Below the pieces are notes generated by a model. The model had not been told where the DNA came from. It made no database searches and saw only the letters and a program-made list of their open reading frames with translations. From positions 1 to 37,156 of IMG/VR virus record IMGVR_UViG_3300047550_001473: DNA of 37,156 nucleotides; one strand, written 5' to 3'. The stretch is from a virus. Its lineage: Duplodnaviria; Caudoviricetes. Shown one piece after another: positions 16,711-25,954 of this stretch. A program made the translations under genes and the position numbers. Position 1 is the stretch's first letter. Each line of letters opens with the position of its first letter.

Positions 16711-17103
16711 ATGGCCGGTTTTACGAATTTCGCAGAAGACCTAGTTCTGAACTGGGTTTTTACTAGCACATCTGTGACGCGCCCTGCTGCGTGGTATGTT
16801 GCGCTTTATACCGTTGCCCCGACAGAGTCTGGTGGCGGCACTGAGTGCTCAGGCACATCGTATGCCCGTCAATCGGCTACTTTTACGGTGACTGGTACAG
16901 CACCGACGACCGCCTCAAATAGTGCAGCCATCGAGTTCCCAACCGCAGGCGGTTCATGGGGTACGATTGTCGCGGCAGCAATCCTCGACGCTTCTACTTC
17001 TGGCAATATGATTGCGTTTGCTGATCTCACAACATCAAAGACAATCGACACTGGCGACGTGCTCCGCTTCAACACAGGCGCTCTGACCATCACTCTGGAC
17101 TAA
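16711..17103 (+). CDS. Virion/tail structural protein
   Basis: YVALYT..P...GG.E.SG.SYARQ, FP.A...WGTI, D..RF..G.L.I.LD. Confidence 0.75.
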   Translation: MAGFTNFAEDLVLNWVFTSTSVTRPAAWYVALYTVAPTESGGGTECSGTSYARQSATFTVTGTAPTTASNSAAIEFPTAGGSWGTIVAAAILDASTSGNMIAFADLTTSKTIDTGDVLRFNTGALTITLD

Positions 17104-17106
17104 TAG

Positions 17107-17877
17107 ATGGCGAATGGTCGCGATTACGGTAGTTTTGACTACGGGCTAGGTGTCTACGGCACAGGGTTAGTCGTAGATGCCACTTGCACGATTGCGGCTA
17201 CTTCTGGCTCTTCCGCTGTACCGACAAGAATTACAAATGGCAGTCTTACTGTCATATCTGCATCGTCGTCTGGTGCAGCAGCCTCTGATACAGAAATCGC
17301 AATATGCGCCATACCTGTTACGAGTAACGCGACAGCGTCAGCGTACCGTATCAGAACTGCTTCTGTTGCGATCACAGCATCGAGTAATTCTGCTGCTAAC
17401 GCTTATGCGATCAGAACTGTAGCTGCGGCTATTGCGGCGCAATCTGACGCGACGGCTGACGGATATGCCGTGCAACTGGCTGAGGCAAGCGGTGCCTCTA
17501 CGAGTGACGCGACCGCCAATGGCGTGCGGGTGACAAGCGCGCTCGCAGATATGGCCGCTTCATCATCTGCCTCTGCTGGTGCGACAGTTACATGGAACGC
17601 GCTGATAGACATCGTTGCCACTTCAACAGCGACGGCAGATGCGCAGCGACTCATGTTTGCGGTTGCGAGTGTCTCTGCGCAATCTGGTATGACGGCGAAT
17701 GGTCGCTATCTCTGGGAGCCAGAAGGCATCGAGGCAGAGACGTGGCAAACGCAAGAAAATGTGGTAGAGAATTGGTCAGCGCAAAGTGTTAGCTCTGAGT
17801 CATGGATAGGCGAAGTAGTGCCGTCAGCGACATGGGTTCCGCAGACCGTCTCTTCCGAGACTTGGACAGCTAACTAG
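17107..17877 (+). CDS. Ala/Ser/Thr-rich repetitive virion protein
   Basis: YGxxxYG N-terminus, low-complexity middle, Trp every 10 residues at the C-terminus. Confidence 0.7.
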   Translation: MANGRDYGSFDYGLGVYGTGLVVDATCTIAATSGSSAVPTRITNGSLTVISASSSGAAASDTEIAICAIPVTSNATASAYRIRTASVAITASSNSAANAYAIRTVAAAIAAQSDATADGYAVQLAEASGASTSDATANGVRVTSALADMAASSSASAGATVTWNALIDIVATSTATADAQRLMFAVASVSAQSGMTANGRYLWEPEGIEAETWQTQENVVENWSAQSVSSESWIGEVVPSATWVPQTVSSETWTAN

Positions 17878-17888
17878 GAGTAGGGCCG

Positions 17889-18698
17889 ATGGCTGATACC
17901 TATACCACTAACCTTAACCTGACGAAGCCCGAAGTCGGCGCGTCTCGTGATACTTGGGGCGGGAAGACCAATGCTGACTGGGACATCGTTGACGGTGTCT
18001 TTAATGCTGCCGGTAATGGCACATCAGTCGGTCTGAATATCGGCACTGGCAAGACGCTAACTGTTACCGGAACGCTTACAGGCACAGGTGTCTCGACATA
18101 TCTTGCATCTCCTCCTGCAATCGGTGGAACGACACCAGGAGCGGCAAACTTCACCACAATCGGTGCAACTTATAACGTGACACTGAGTGGCACTGGCTCA
18201 ATCAAATTGCCAGTCGGTACAACGGCGCAGCGCGATGGCGCGTTCAGCGGCACTGGCTCGATCTCCGGTACAACCCTTACGATCACGGCTGTCAGCGCTG
18301 GTGCATTGGCGATTGGTTCAACGATTACCGGAACAGGTGTTACTTCTGGCACACGCATTACGGCATTTGGCACTGGTACTGGCGGCGCTGGAACTTACAC
18401 TGTCAGCGCATCTCAAACAGTGTCATCGACAACGATTACAGATGTCGCTTCAACCGGCATGATCCGCTATAACTCAACGCTGACAACGTTTGAGGGATAT
18501 GATGGGTCAAACTGGGGATCTATTGGTGGCGGTGCTACTGGTGGCGGCACAGATAATGTGTTCTGGAATAACGATCAGACTGTGAATACGAGTTACAGCA
18601 TTCCTGCAAGTACAAACGCTGGTTCATTTGGACCGATTACGATTGGTGCATCTGCGACTGTAACTATTCCTTCATCTTCTACATGGACGGTGGTGTGA
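17889..18698 (+). CDS. Tail fibre protein
   Basis: [11 protein letters not shown]...WG.KTN anchor, [14 protein letters not shown]...FEGYDG..W. Confidence 0.8.
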   Translation: MADTYTTNLNLTKPEVGASRDTWGGKTNADWDIVDGVFNAAGNGTSVGLNIGTGKTLTVTGTLTGTGVSTYLASPPAIGGTTPGAANFTTIGATYNVTLSGTGSIKLPVGTTAQRDGAFSGTGSISGTTLTITAVSAGALAIGSTITGTGVTSGTRITAFGTGTGGAGTYTVSASQTVSSTTITDVASTGMIRYNSTLTTFEGYDGSNWGSIGGGATGGGTDNVFWNNDQTVNTSYSIPASTNAGSFGPITIGASATVTIPSSSTWTVV

Positions 18699-18699
18699 T

Positions 18700-19248
18700 A
18701 TGGGTAGTGTAACACTTAATGGCGCAACATCTGGTCAGATTACGCTGCAACCTACTGATGTAGCGGGGACGAATACTGTAACAGTCGCGGCTCAAACTGG
18801 AACGCTAAATGTCGCGGGTCCGGCATTCAGTGCTTATGCTTCTTCATCTCAAACGGTAACAACTGGAACAGTTACTAAAGTTGCAATTGATACGGAAAAT
18901 TTTGATACAAACAGTAATTTTAATACGACTAATAACCGTTTTACGCCAACAGTAGAAGGTTATTATCAAGTTAATGGTATTGTCGCTGCACAAGGCGCAA
19001 CAACAATTACAACCGTTCTTGCTTTTTTATATAAAAATGGCTCAGCATACAGACGAACTGGTCTTTCATCATCATTTACAACTGCAACTCCAATTCAAAT
19101 AAATTTATCTGAAGTTGTTTATATGAATGGATCAACAGATTATCTTGAATTGTACGGGCAGGTTAATGGAACCGGAACCTTACAGTTTATACAAACATCC
19201 GCTGTAACAACATCAGTTTTCTCAGCTTGCCTTGTGAGAGGTGCATAA
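18700..19248 (+). CDS. C1q-like domain tail/receptor-binding protein (copy 1)
   Basis: PAFSA, FDTN.NF...RFTP.V.GYYQ.N, LYKNG, NGSTDY.ELY, FS.CL. Confidence 0.75.
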   Translation: MGSVTLNGATSGQITLQPTDVAGTNTVTVAAQTGTLNVAGPAFSAYASSSQTVTTGTVTKVAIDTENFDTNSNFNTTNNRFTPTVEGYYQVNGIVAAQGATTITTVLAFLYKNGSAYRRTGLSSSFTTATPIQINLSEVVYMNGSTDYLELYGQVNGTGTLQFIQTSAVTTSVFSACLVRGA

Positions 19249-19249
19249 C

Positions 19250-19423
19250 ATGGATTTATATCACGCAATCATGGCAATCTATCCTGATCTGAAAGAGTCT
19301 GATTTCATGGATGGTGTAATTTTGTTGCAAAATGATTCTGACGGTAAAGGCGATTATATCCGTGAATGGAATCATCCAACTTATGCACAGCCAACAGATG
19401 AACAATTAGCAGGAGTTAAATAA
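19250..19423 (+). CDS. XkdW-like small tail-associated protein
   Basis: LQNDSDG.G.YI.EWNHP....PT.EQL. Confidence 0.75.
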   Translation: MDLYHAIMAIYPDLKESDFMDGVILLQNDSDGKGDYIREWNHPTYAQPTDEQLAGVK

Positions 19424-20079
19424 TGCCTGCAATTCTTAAAACTACGCAAATCCAAGAGCCGTCATCAGCGACGGTAAACCTTGCGCTTGATACAAGCGGC
19501 GGTGTTACTGTTGGGCAGAACTTGACCGTTACAGGAACAGCGACACTTACTGGCGGCGTTGCAAGCGGTGGGCTTCAATTAAAGGGTTCATCTTCTGGAA
19601 CAACGACGTTAGCTGCTCAATCAACTGCATCTGGGATTGTTACAATAGCTTCCCAGACTGGTACTCTTAATGCTGCTGGTCCGGCGTTTCATGCCGGAGC
19701 GGGTGGAGCACAAACGGTAAGCAACGGTGTAAATACAAAAGTTACACTAACAGAAGATTTTGATACAAATGCAGATTTTTCATCTTCAAGGTTTACCCCT
19801 TCTGTAGCTGGTTATTATCAAATAAATGGCGGTGTTATTGGTACAGCTTCAACAAGTATGGCTTATGTTGGGGCTTTAATTTACAAAAATGGGTCTGCAT
19901 ATAGTTTTATTTATGGAGCAGCTTCAACAACTACAAATGGGTATGGTTTTGTTTCTGATATTGTTTACTGCAATGGAACAACTGACTACATTGAATTATA
20001 TGCTAGGCTTTCAGGATCTGGAACGCTAACTATTACTGGTAACACATTCTTCTCCGGTTGTCTTATTAGAGGTGCATGA
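19423..20079 (+). CDS. C1q-like domain tail/receptor-binding protein (copy 2)
   Basis: Paralog of 18700..19248 (QTGTLN.AGPAF...RFTP.V.GYYQ.NG...RGA). Confidence 0.75.
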   Translation: MPAILKTTQIQEPSSATVNLALDTSGGVTVGQNLTVTGTATLTGGVASGGLQLKGSSSGTTTLAAQSTASGIVTIASQTGTLNAAGPAFHAGAGGAQTVSNGVNTKVTLTEDFDTNADFSSSRFTPSVAGYYQINGGVIGTASTSMAYVGALIYKNGSAYSFIYGAASTTTNGYGFVSDIVYCNGTTDYIELYARLSGSGTLTITGNTFFSGCLIRGA

Positions 20080-20768
20080 TGCCAATTACGATTAACGGAA
20101 CGACTGGTATCGCTGGTGTAGATGGCTCTGCCTCCACCCCTGCTGTGCAAGGTAGTGATACTAACACAGGTGTGTTTTACCCTGCGGCTGATACTGTAGG
20201 TGTATCTACTGGCGGCTCTGAGCGTATGCGTATCGACTCTAGTGGTTCACTGCTCGTTGGTGGTACGTCTAAGGCAAGCGTAGAAAAGCTAAACATTACT
20301 CACGATGGTAATGCCAATGAAGGCATGATAATTATCAATACATATACAACAGCTGGAACAAACACAGCAGTTGGTTTCCGTCGTCCTTCTGCAACGACTG
20401 TTGGAACTATTACCACAACAACGTCGTCTACGGCATATAATACATCTTCTGACTACCGTCTGAAGCATGACGTTCAACCAATGACGTCTGGCCTTACGAC
20501 CGTTGCGTCGTTGAAGCCTGTAACCTATAAATGGAAAATAGACGACAGTATTGGCGAAGGTTTTATCGCCCATGAGTTAGCGGAGCACATTCCGCTTGCC
20601 GTCGTTGGTGAAAAAGATGCTGTTAATGAAGACGGGAGCATCAACGCTCAAGGCGTAGATTACTCCAAGATCGTCGTGCACCTTGTTGCCGCAATCCAAG
20701 AACTTTCAGCTAAGGTTGACGCGCAAGCCACAGAAATTGCAGCACTAAAAGCTAACGCTCCAGCATAG
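20076..20768 (+). CDS. Tail fibre with Peptidase S74 intramolecular chaperone
   Basis: ERMRIDSSG, YNTSSDYRLK, LKPV.Y.W, GFIAHE, VDYSK...LV.AIQEL. Confidence 0.9.
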   Translation: MMPITINGTTGIAGVDGSASTPAVQGSDTNTGVFYPAADTVGVSTGGSERMRIDSSGSLLVGGTSKASVEKLNITHDGNANEGMIIINTYTTAGTNTAVGFRRPSATTVGTITTTTSSTAYNTSSDYRLKHDVQPMTSGLTTVASLKPVTYKWKIDDSIGEGFIAHELAEHIPLAVVGEKDAVNEDGSINAQGVDYSKIVVHLVAAIQELSAKVDAQATEIAALKANAPA

Positions 20769-20783
20769 TGATAGGAGTCAGAT

Positions 20784-20987
20784 ATGTCTGATGATCTGAA
20801 CCAACAAATCGGTAGACTCGAAGCTCATGTTGAGAATCTTCATCGTGACATGTCTGAACTTAAAACTGAACTGAAAAACATTTCTGCCATGATGCACAAA
20901 TGGAGAGGAGCAGGAGCAATTCTTGCCCTCGTCGGTATTGTGTTTGGCTTCTTCGTTGATACGGCCTTCAAACTTGTTGGTAGATAA
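20784..20987 (+). CDS. Coiled-coil plus TM protein (XhlA/holin-like)
   Basis: IGRLEA coiled coil and C-terminal hydrophobic helix; AGGAG RBS. Confidence 0.6.
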   Translation: MSDDLNQQIGRLEAHVENLHRDMSELKTELKNISAMMHKWRGAGAILALVGIVFGFFVDTAFKLVGR

Positions 20988-21463
20988 TGGACCCAGTAAC
21001 GCTCATTGCGACAGCAACAGCCGCGTACAATGGGCTGAAGGGTGCCATCGCTGCCGGTAAAGAAATACAGGAACTCGCGCAGGATCTAGGGTCTCTGTGG
21101 TCAGCTGTAGGTCAACTTACGCATCTTGCCGCATCACCGCCAAAGAAGCGCTTATTCTCTAATCCTGCCGATATAGAGAAAGAGGCAATGGAGCGCTATG
21201 CCGCGAAATCCAAAGCCTTTCACATGCAGGCTGAGATTAAGAATCTCTTCATCTCTGTCTATGGCTTACCTGCTTACGAAGCCGTGCAACGCGAAGTGAT
21301 TGAGATCCGCAAAGAGGCAGACCGTCAGCACCGCGAAGAAGAACGCATTGCCGCAGAGCGTGCAGAGGAACTGAAAGACGCAGCAGTGCTATTTTTGACG
21401 GTTATGGGCCTTGTTGTGGCAATGGGTATCGCGGGGTTTCTGTTACTCGTTAAGTTACACTAA
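20987..21463 (+). CDS. Hypothetical membrane-anchored protein in lysis module
   Basis: MDPVT start and C-terminal TM helix. Confidence 0.7.
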   Translation: MDPVTLIATATAAYNGLKGAIAAGKEIQELAQDLGSLWSAVGQLTHLAASPPKKRLFSNPADIEKEAMERYAAKSKAFHMQAEIKNLFISVYGLPAYEAVQREVIEIRKEADRQHREEERIAAERAEELKDAAVLFLTVMGLVVAMGIAGFLLLVKLH

Positions 21464-21475
21464 GAGGGGATAGTC

Positions 21476-21973
21476 ATGGATTTACTCAAAACATTTGGCC
21501 CATTGGTCAGCTCAGTCGCGCCGACGATTGCTACGGCTCTTGGCGGTCCTGTCGCCGGTCTTGCTGTAAAGACTTTGTCTAACGCGCTTTTCGGTCATCC
21601 TGATGCGAATGACGATGAGATTAAACTTGCACTGTCGAACCCTACGGCAGAGCAGTTGGCTGCACTGAAAAAGGTAGACGCTGACTTCAAGGTGCAGATG
21701 AAGTCGCTCGACATCGACTTGGAACGCATTGCTGCCTCTGACAGAGATAGCGCCAGAAACTACGCAATCATGACCCACGATCTGACACCGCGTATCTTGG
21801 CGGTTATCGTTGTCGTGGCATGGGGATGCGTTCAGTGGTTCATGCTTCACAATGTAATCGAGGCATCGATGAGGGAGTTAATCGCACGGGTTCTTGGTAC
21901 TCTTGATGGCGCACTGATGCTTGTCCTGTCTTACTATTTCGGATCAGCTCACCGGCACACGGATGGCAAGTGA
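21476..21973 (+). CDS. Holin (3TM/GTA-release type)
   Basis: APTIATALGGP, DRDSAR, two TM helices, YYFGS; adjacent to endolysin. Confidence 0.78.
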   Translation: MDLLKTFGPLVSSVAPTIATALGGPVAGLAVKTLSNALFGHPDANDDEIKLALSNPTAEQLAALKKVDADFKVQMKSLDIDLERIAASDRDSARNYAIMTHDLTPRILAVIVVVAWGCVQWFMLHNVIEASMRELIARVLGTLDGALMLVLSYYFGSAHRHTDGK

Positions 21974-22509
21974 TGCGCGAGAACTTTGACCAATGCCTTG
22001 TAGCAGTGCTGAAGCACGAAGGCGGTTACGTTGACGATCCGCGAGATCCTGGCGGAGCTACCAATCTCGGTTGCACCAAGAAGGTTTGGGAAGAGTGGGT
22101 CGGTCACGAGGTGACTAAGGACGATATACGCGCACTCACTGTCGCTGACGTTGCACCGCTATACAAAAAGAGATACTGGGATGTGGTGAAGGGTGACGAG
22201 CTGCCCTCTGGCGTAGACAGTTCTGTGTTCGACTGTGCGATCAATTCTGGCACAGGACGAGCGGCTAAGATTGCCCAGAAGATCTGCGGTGTGGCACAGG
22301 ATGGAGCAATAGGGCCAGCGTCTCTTGCCGCCATTAAGAGCATCTGTGAAGCAGAAGGTGTGCGGTATTTCATCGAAGAGTATAACGACGCGCGATTACG
22401 CTTTCTGCAAGCCCTGCCGACCTTTGAGCATTTCGGTAAGGGTTGGAGCCGACGCGTTTCTGAGGTAAATATAGCGTCACTCGAACTCGCGCGACGCGGA
22501 GATTCCTGA
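21973..22509 (+). CDS. Endolysin, glycoside hydrolase family 108 with PG-binding domain
   Basis: HEGGYVDDPRDPGGATN.G, FD.AINSG, DG.IGP, FGKGW.RR. Confidence 0.93.
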   Translation: MRENFDQCLVAVLKHEGGYVDDPRDPGGATNLGCTKKVWEEWVGHEVTKDDIRALTVADVAPLYKKRYWDVVKGDELPSGVDSSVFDCAINSGTGRAAKIAQKICGVAQDGAIGPASLAAIKSICEAEGVRYFIEEYNDARLRFLQALPTFEHFGKGWSRRVSEVNIASLELARRGDS

Positions 22510-24236
22510 TGCCATTAGTCCCACTGAGCCTCCCTTCAGGCATAGTTAAGCCAGCGACACCGCTCATGGCAAAGGGACGCTATTGGGATGGGAATTTGGT
22601 TCGATGGAGAACGAACAAACTGCTTCCTGTCGGTGGATGGGAGCGTATTACGTCATCTCCGTTAGACAGCGCAGCGCGGTGCATTTTCCCTTGGCGCGAT
22701 AACGCTAACGATCAGTGGATGTTGATTGGCTGCGACACGAAGCTCTATGCCAATAATGGGTCAACATATACCGATGTCACTCCGGTCAACTTTGTTCCGT
22801 TGAGTGAGGGTGGATCTTATGGTGCTTGGGATTACGGAGCGCTTTTGTACGGCGACGACACCGACGCAACATACCCGCGCCCAGCAAGCCTTTTAGACCC
22901 AGCTGTATTTACTTGGACAATGGATAACTGGGGCGAAGATGTGCTTTCAGTCGCATCGTCTGATGGGCGTTTGTTTATCTATCACCCTGGGGATGCGCAG
23001 GCAGGTATTGTCGGTTTTGCTGACATTTCAACTATCAGCAGAGCATCCAACGTTGTAACTGTAACAACAGTGCTGGATCACTCATTCCGAGTTGGGCAAA
23101 GTGTTGTTATCGCAGGAGTTGGTACAGCATCATTTGATGGCACATTCACGATCACTGCAACGCCAACAGCGAACACTTTTACCTATGCGCAGAGCGGCAC
23201 TAATGCCTCCTCATCTGGTGGCACAGCTACGCATCTTGGTACGCCAACACAAAGCCGCGCTGTAATCGTTACACCAGAGCGACATTGCGTTCTTCTTGGG
23301 GTTGATGGTGCAAGCCGCCGCGTTGCTTGGTCTGACGCTGAAGATTACGCGGAATGGGATTTTGCTTCTGCTACAAATACCGCAGGATTCTATGACCTTG
23401 ATACACAGTCACGCATTGTGATGGCTGCATCTGTGCGCGAAGGTACAATCATCTGGACTGAAGATGAAGCATGGCTGATGCGGTATATCGGATTACCATA
23501 CATCTACGGTTTTGAGCGTCTCGGTTGGGGTTGCGGTATTGTTGCACCAAGAGCATTTGCGACATTTGCAGGTCGTTGCGTTTGGATGGGCCGTGATAGT
23601 TTCTGGATATATGATGGCGGTTATGTGAAGCCTCTTTCTTGCGATGTTGGCGATTACATTTTCTCGAACTTAGACCCGAACACAGGCAAGGCTTATGTGC
23701 ATGGTGCTGAGAATGGCATCTTCTCAGAGGTATGGTTCTGGTATCCAGAAACAGGATCATCTGTTCCGAATAAGTATGTGATCTACAACTACGCTGAAGG
23801 ATGGTGGTCAATTGGAGAGATGACGAGAACTGCGTCAGCCGGTGCAGGCGTGTTCAAATATCCGATTGCAGGCGATGAAAACTTTGACCTGTTCTACCAT
23901 GAGGATGGGTGGACGAATAACGGCGCATCTCTTGTCGGCGAACGATGGGTTGAGAGCGGATCTCTTAATCTTCAACAGGGCAACAATGTGATGATGGTCA
24001 AACAGGCTTTGACAGATAGCGGTTATGGGTATGACTCGACCGCATTGCAGTTCTACACATCATACACACCAGAAGGGGCAGAAACTCTATCTTCTGTCTA
24101 TACGCCTCGGTCTGACGGATACACAGATGTGCGTGTATCTGGACGCGATATGCGGTTGAGGATCGAGTCAACTCAGGATGCCCCTTGGTCCGTTGGTGAG
24201 ACGCGCCTTGATCTGGTGCCGAGAGGTGGCAGATGA
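22509..24236 (+). CDS. Tail nozzle / packaged-DNA stabilisation protein (P22 gp10-like)
   Basis: 575-aa beta-rich protein; WSD.ED, EVWFWYP, YNY.E..W; precedes the ejection genes. Confidence 0.75.
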   Translation: MPLVPLSLPSGIVKPATPLMAKGRYWDGNLVRWRTNKLLPVGGWERITSSPLDSAARCIFPWRDNANDQWMLIGCDTKLYANNGSTYTDVTPVNFVPLSEGGSYGAWDYGALLYGDDTDATYPRPASLLDPAVFTWTMDNWGEDVLSVASSDGRLFIYHPGDAQAGIVGFADISTISRASNVVTVTTVLDHSFRVGQSVVIAGVGTASFDGTFTITATPTANTFTYAQSGTNASSSGGTATHLGTPTQSRAVIVTPERHCVLLGVDGASRRVAWSDAEDYAEWDFASATNTAGFYDLDTQSRIVMAASVREGTIIWTEDEAWLMRYIGLPYIYGFERLGWGCGIVAPRAFATFAGRCVWMGRDSFWIYDGGYVKPLSCDVGDYIFSNLDPNTGKAYVHGAENGIFSEVWFWYPETGSSVPNKYVIYNYAEGWWSIGEMTRTASAGAGVFKYPIAGDENFDLFYHEDGWTNNGASLVGERWVESGSLNLQQGNNVMMVKQALTDSGYGYDSTALQFYTSYTPEGAETLSSVYTPRSDGYTDVRVSGRDMRLRIESTQDAPWSVGETRLDLVPRGGR

Positions 24237-24448
24237 AAATGTTCATCCCGAACCCTCCTCCACGTTACGAGCAGGGCGTGTTCAATACGATTTTGGATAC
24301 GGTAAAACGGGCAATGATACCGGCTGTTTCCATTGATGAGGCAGTCGGAGGCATACTCCTTCAAAGTCCAGACGGATCGGTGTATAAGTTGACGGTGGAC
24401 AACGCAGGGAATCTCGTAACAACGGCGGTGCCACTTGGCTCCAGATGA
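24233..24448 (+). CDS. Small tail-associated protein
   Basis: LQSPDG..Y.L.VDN.G.L. Confidence 0.7.
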   Translation: MKMFIPNPPPRYEQGVFNTILDTVKRAMIPAVSIDEAVGGILLQSPDGSVYKLTVDNAGNLVTTAVPLGSR

Positions 24449-24800
24449 AAAACAGATCCTTAAGCTCCTAGAGTCGGGGTTGAAGAAAGGCGGTTATACG
24501 CACAGCATAAGGGATATCTTAGAGGCGCTTCAGACAGGCAAGATGCAGGCTTTTCTGAATGACGGGTCACTCGCGATCACACAGGTCGTGGATTTCCCCC
24601 AGAGGCGCGTCCTAGAGGTTTTATGGTGTGCCGGTGTACTGGACGAAGTGATGAACATGAAGTCAAAACTCGTCGAGTTCGCCAAAGAACAGAATTGCAC
24701 AATGGGTCGAGCGTTTGTTCGCCCCGGTTTAGTTGTACCAATGGAGCAGGCGGGATGGCGTAAGGCTCAAACCGTAATGTTCTTCGACTTGGAGAGTTAA
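24435..24800 (+). CDS. Hypothetical protein, possibly GNAT-like (typical pre-ejection gene)
   Basis: FAK...C......R.G....GW pattern; TTG start uncertain. Confidence 0.55.
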   Translation: MAPDEKQILKLLESGLKKGGYTHSIRDILEALQTGKMQAFLNDGSLAITQVVDFPQRRVLEVLWCAGVLDEVMNMKSKLVEFAKEQNCTMGRAFVRPGLVVPMEQAGWRKAQTVMFFDLES

Positions 24801-24801
24801 G

Positions 24802-25944
24802 ATGAGCGGTGGATCAGGCCCTACAACTGTACAGAGTTCCTCAGTCCCTGCATGGGTTGAGCAATTCGGCAAAGAGAATGTCGAGATGGCGAAGAAGGCC
24901 GCAGCGACACCGTATCAGGCTTACTCTGGCGAGACAGTTGCGGCGATGTCACCTGACCAGCAGGCGGCCTACAATGCGCTTCGCTCTAACTTTGGCGCGT
25001 ATCAGCCTGCCTACCAGTCAGCACTGCAATCGGCGCAAGGTGTCGCTACATACCAACCCGGTCAGTTTAGCGCGCAGGCGTTACAGGCATACCAAGACCC
25101 GTACCAAGCCCAAGTTGAGCAAGGGGCGCTTGCGGCGATTGAGCGGCAGCGGCAGCTCGCAACCAATCAGGTAGGCCAGCAGGCTCGCGCTGCGGGTGCT
25201 TTCGGTGGTTCGCGTCAGGCTGTGCAGGAAGCTCTCACTAACGCTGAAGCGGCGCGCATTGCCGGTGAAACGTCTGCCGGTATTCGGTCGCAAGGTTTCC
25301 GCACTGCGGCAGATCTCATGGCTCAAGACCAAGCGCGTCAGCAAGCAGCAGCTCAGTTGCGTCTTGCCGGTGCCGGTCAAATCGGCGCTCTTGCCGGTGC
25401 TGGTCAGCAGGCGCTCGTCAGCGAAGCAGGTGCACTTGAAGCGGCAGGTAAAGCCCAGCAGTTGCAACAGCAAGCGCTACTCGATGAAGCCTATCGCCGT
25501 TACGCAGAAGAGCGTAACTATCCCTTGACGCAGCTCGGTATTCGCCAAGCCGGTCTCACGGGCGTGCCTTACAGCACCACGACATCGTCCACGACTTCAG
25601 GTGGCGGTAACCTCGGTCTCACGGCTCTCGGTGGTGCTGGTCTCGGTGCCCAGATCGGGGGGCTGATTCCGGGTCTCGGTGCGGGTTATGGTGCTGGACT
25701 TGGTTCGCTCGCAGCGTTCCTCTCAGACCAAAGCATGAAGACCGATATCGAGAAGCTCGGCAAAGACAAAGAAACAGGTCTCACGATGTACGCATATCGG
25801 TACAAGGGCGATCCGAAGAGCTATCCGAAAGTGGTCGGACCTATGGCGCAAGAGATCGAGAAGAAGTATCCCGATCAGGTTAAAAAGGTTGCCGGTAAGC
25901 TGGCAGTGAATCTCGGTTTCGGGCCAATGGCGCAACGCGCGTAA
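24802..25944 (+). CDS. Ejection (DNA transfer) protein with C-terminal S74-like domain
   Basis: Q/A-rich helices, AGAFGGSR, Gly-rich hydrophobic stretch, SDQSMKTDI...Y.Y.YK...GPMAQE. Confidence 0.75.
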   Translation: MSGGSGPTTVQSSSVPAWVEQFGKENVEMAKKAAATPYQAYSGETVAAMSPDQQAAYNALRSNFGAYQPAYQSALQSAQGVATYQPGQFSAQALQAYQDPYQAQVEQGALAAIERQRQLATNQVGQQARAAGAFGGSRQAVQEALTNAEAARIAGETSAGIRSQGFRTAADLMAQDQARQQAAAQLRLAGAGQIGALAGAGQQALVSEAGALEAAGKAQQLQQQALLDEAYRRYAEERNYPLTQLGIRQAGLTGVPYSTTTSSTTSGGGNLGLTALGGAGLGAQIGGLIPGLGAGYGAGLGSLAAFLSDQSMKTDIEKLGKDKETGLTMYAYRYKGDPKSYPKVVGPMAQEIEKKYPDQVKKVAGKLAVNLGFGPMAQRA

Positions 25945-25954
25945 GGAGACTGCT

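Noticed and set aside
18700-20079. Diversity-generating retroelement TR/VR pair
   Set aside because: No reverse transcriptase; the paralogs differ broadly, not only at adenines
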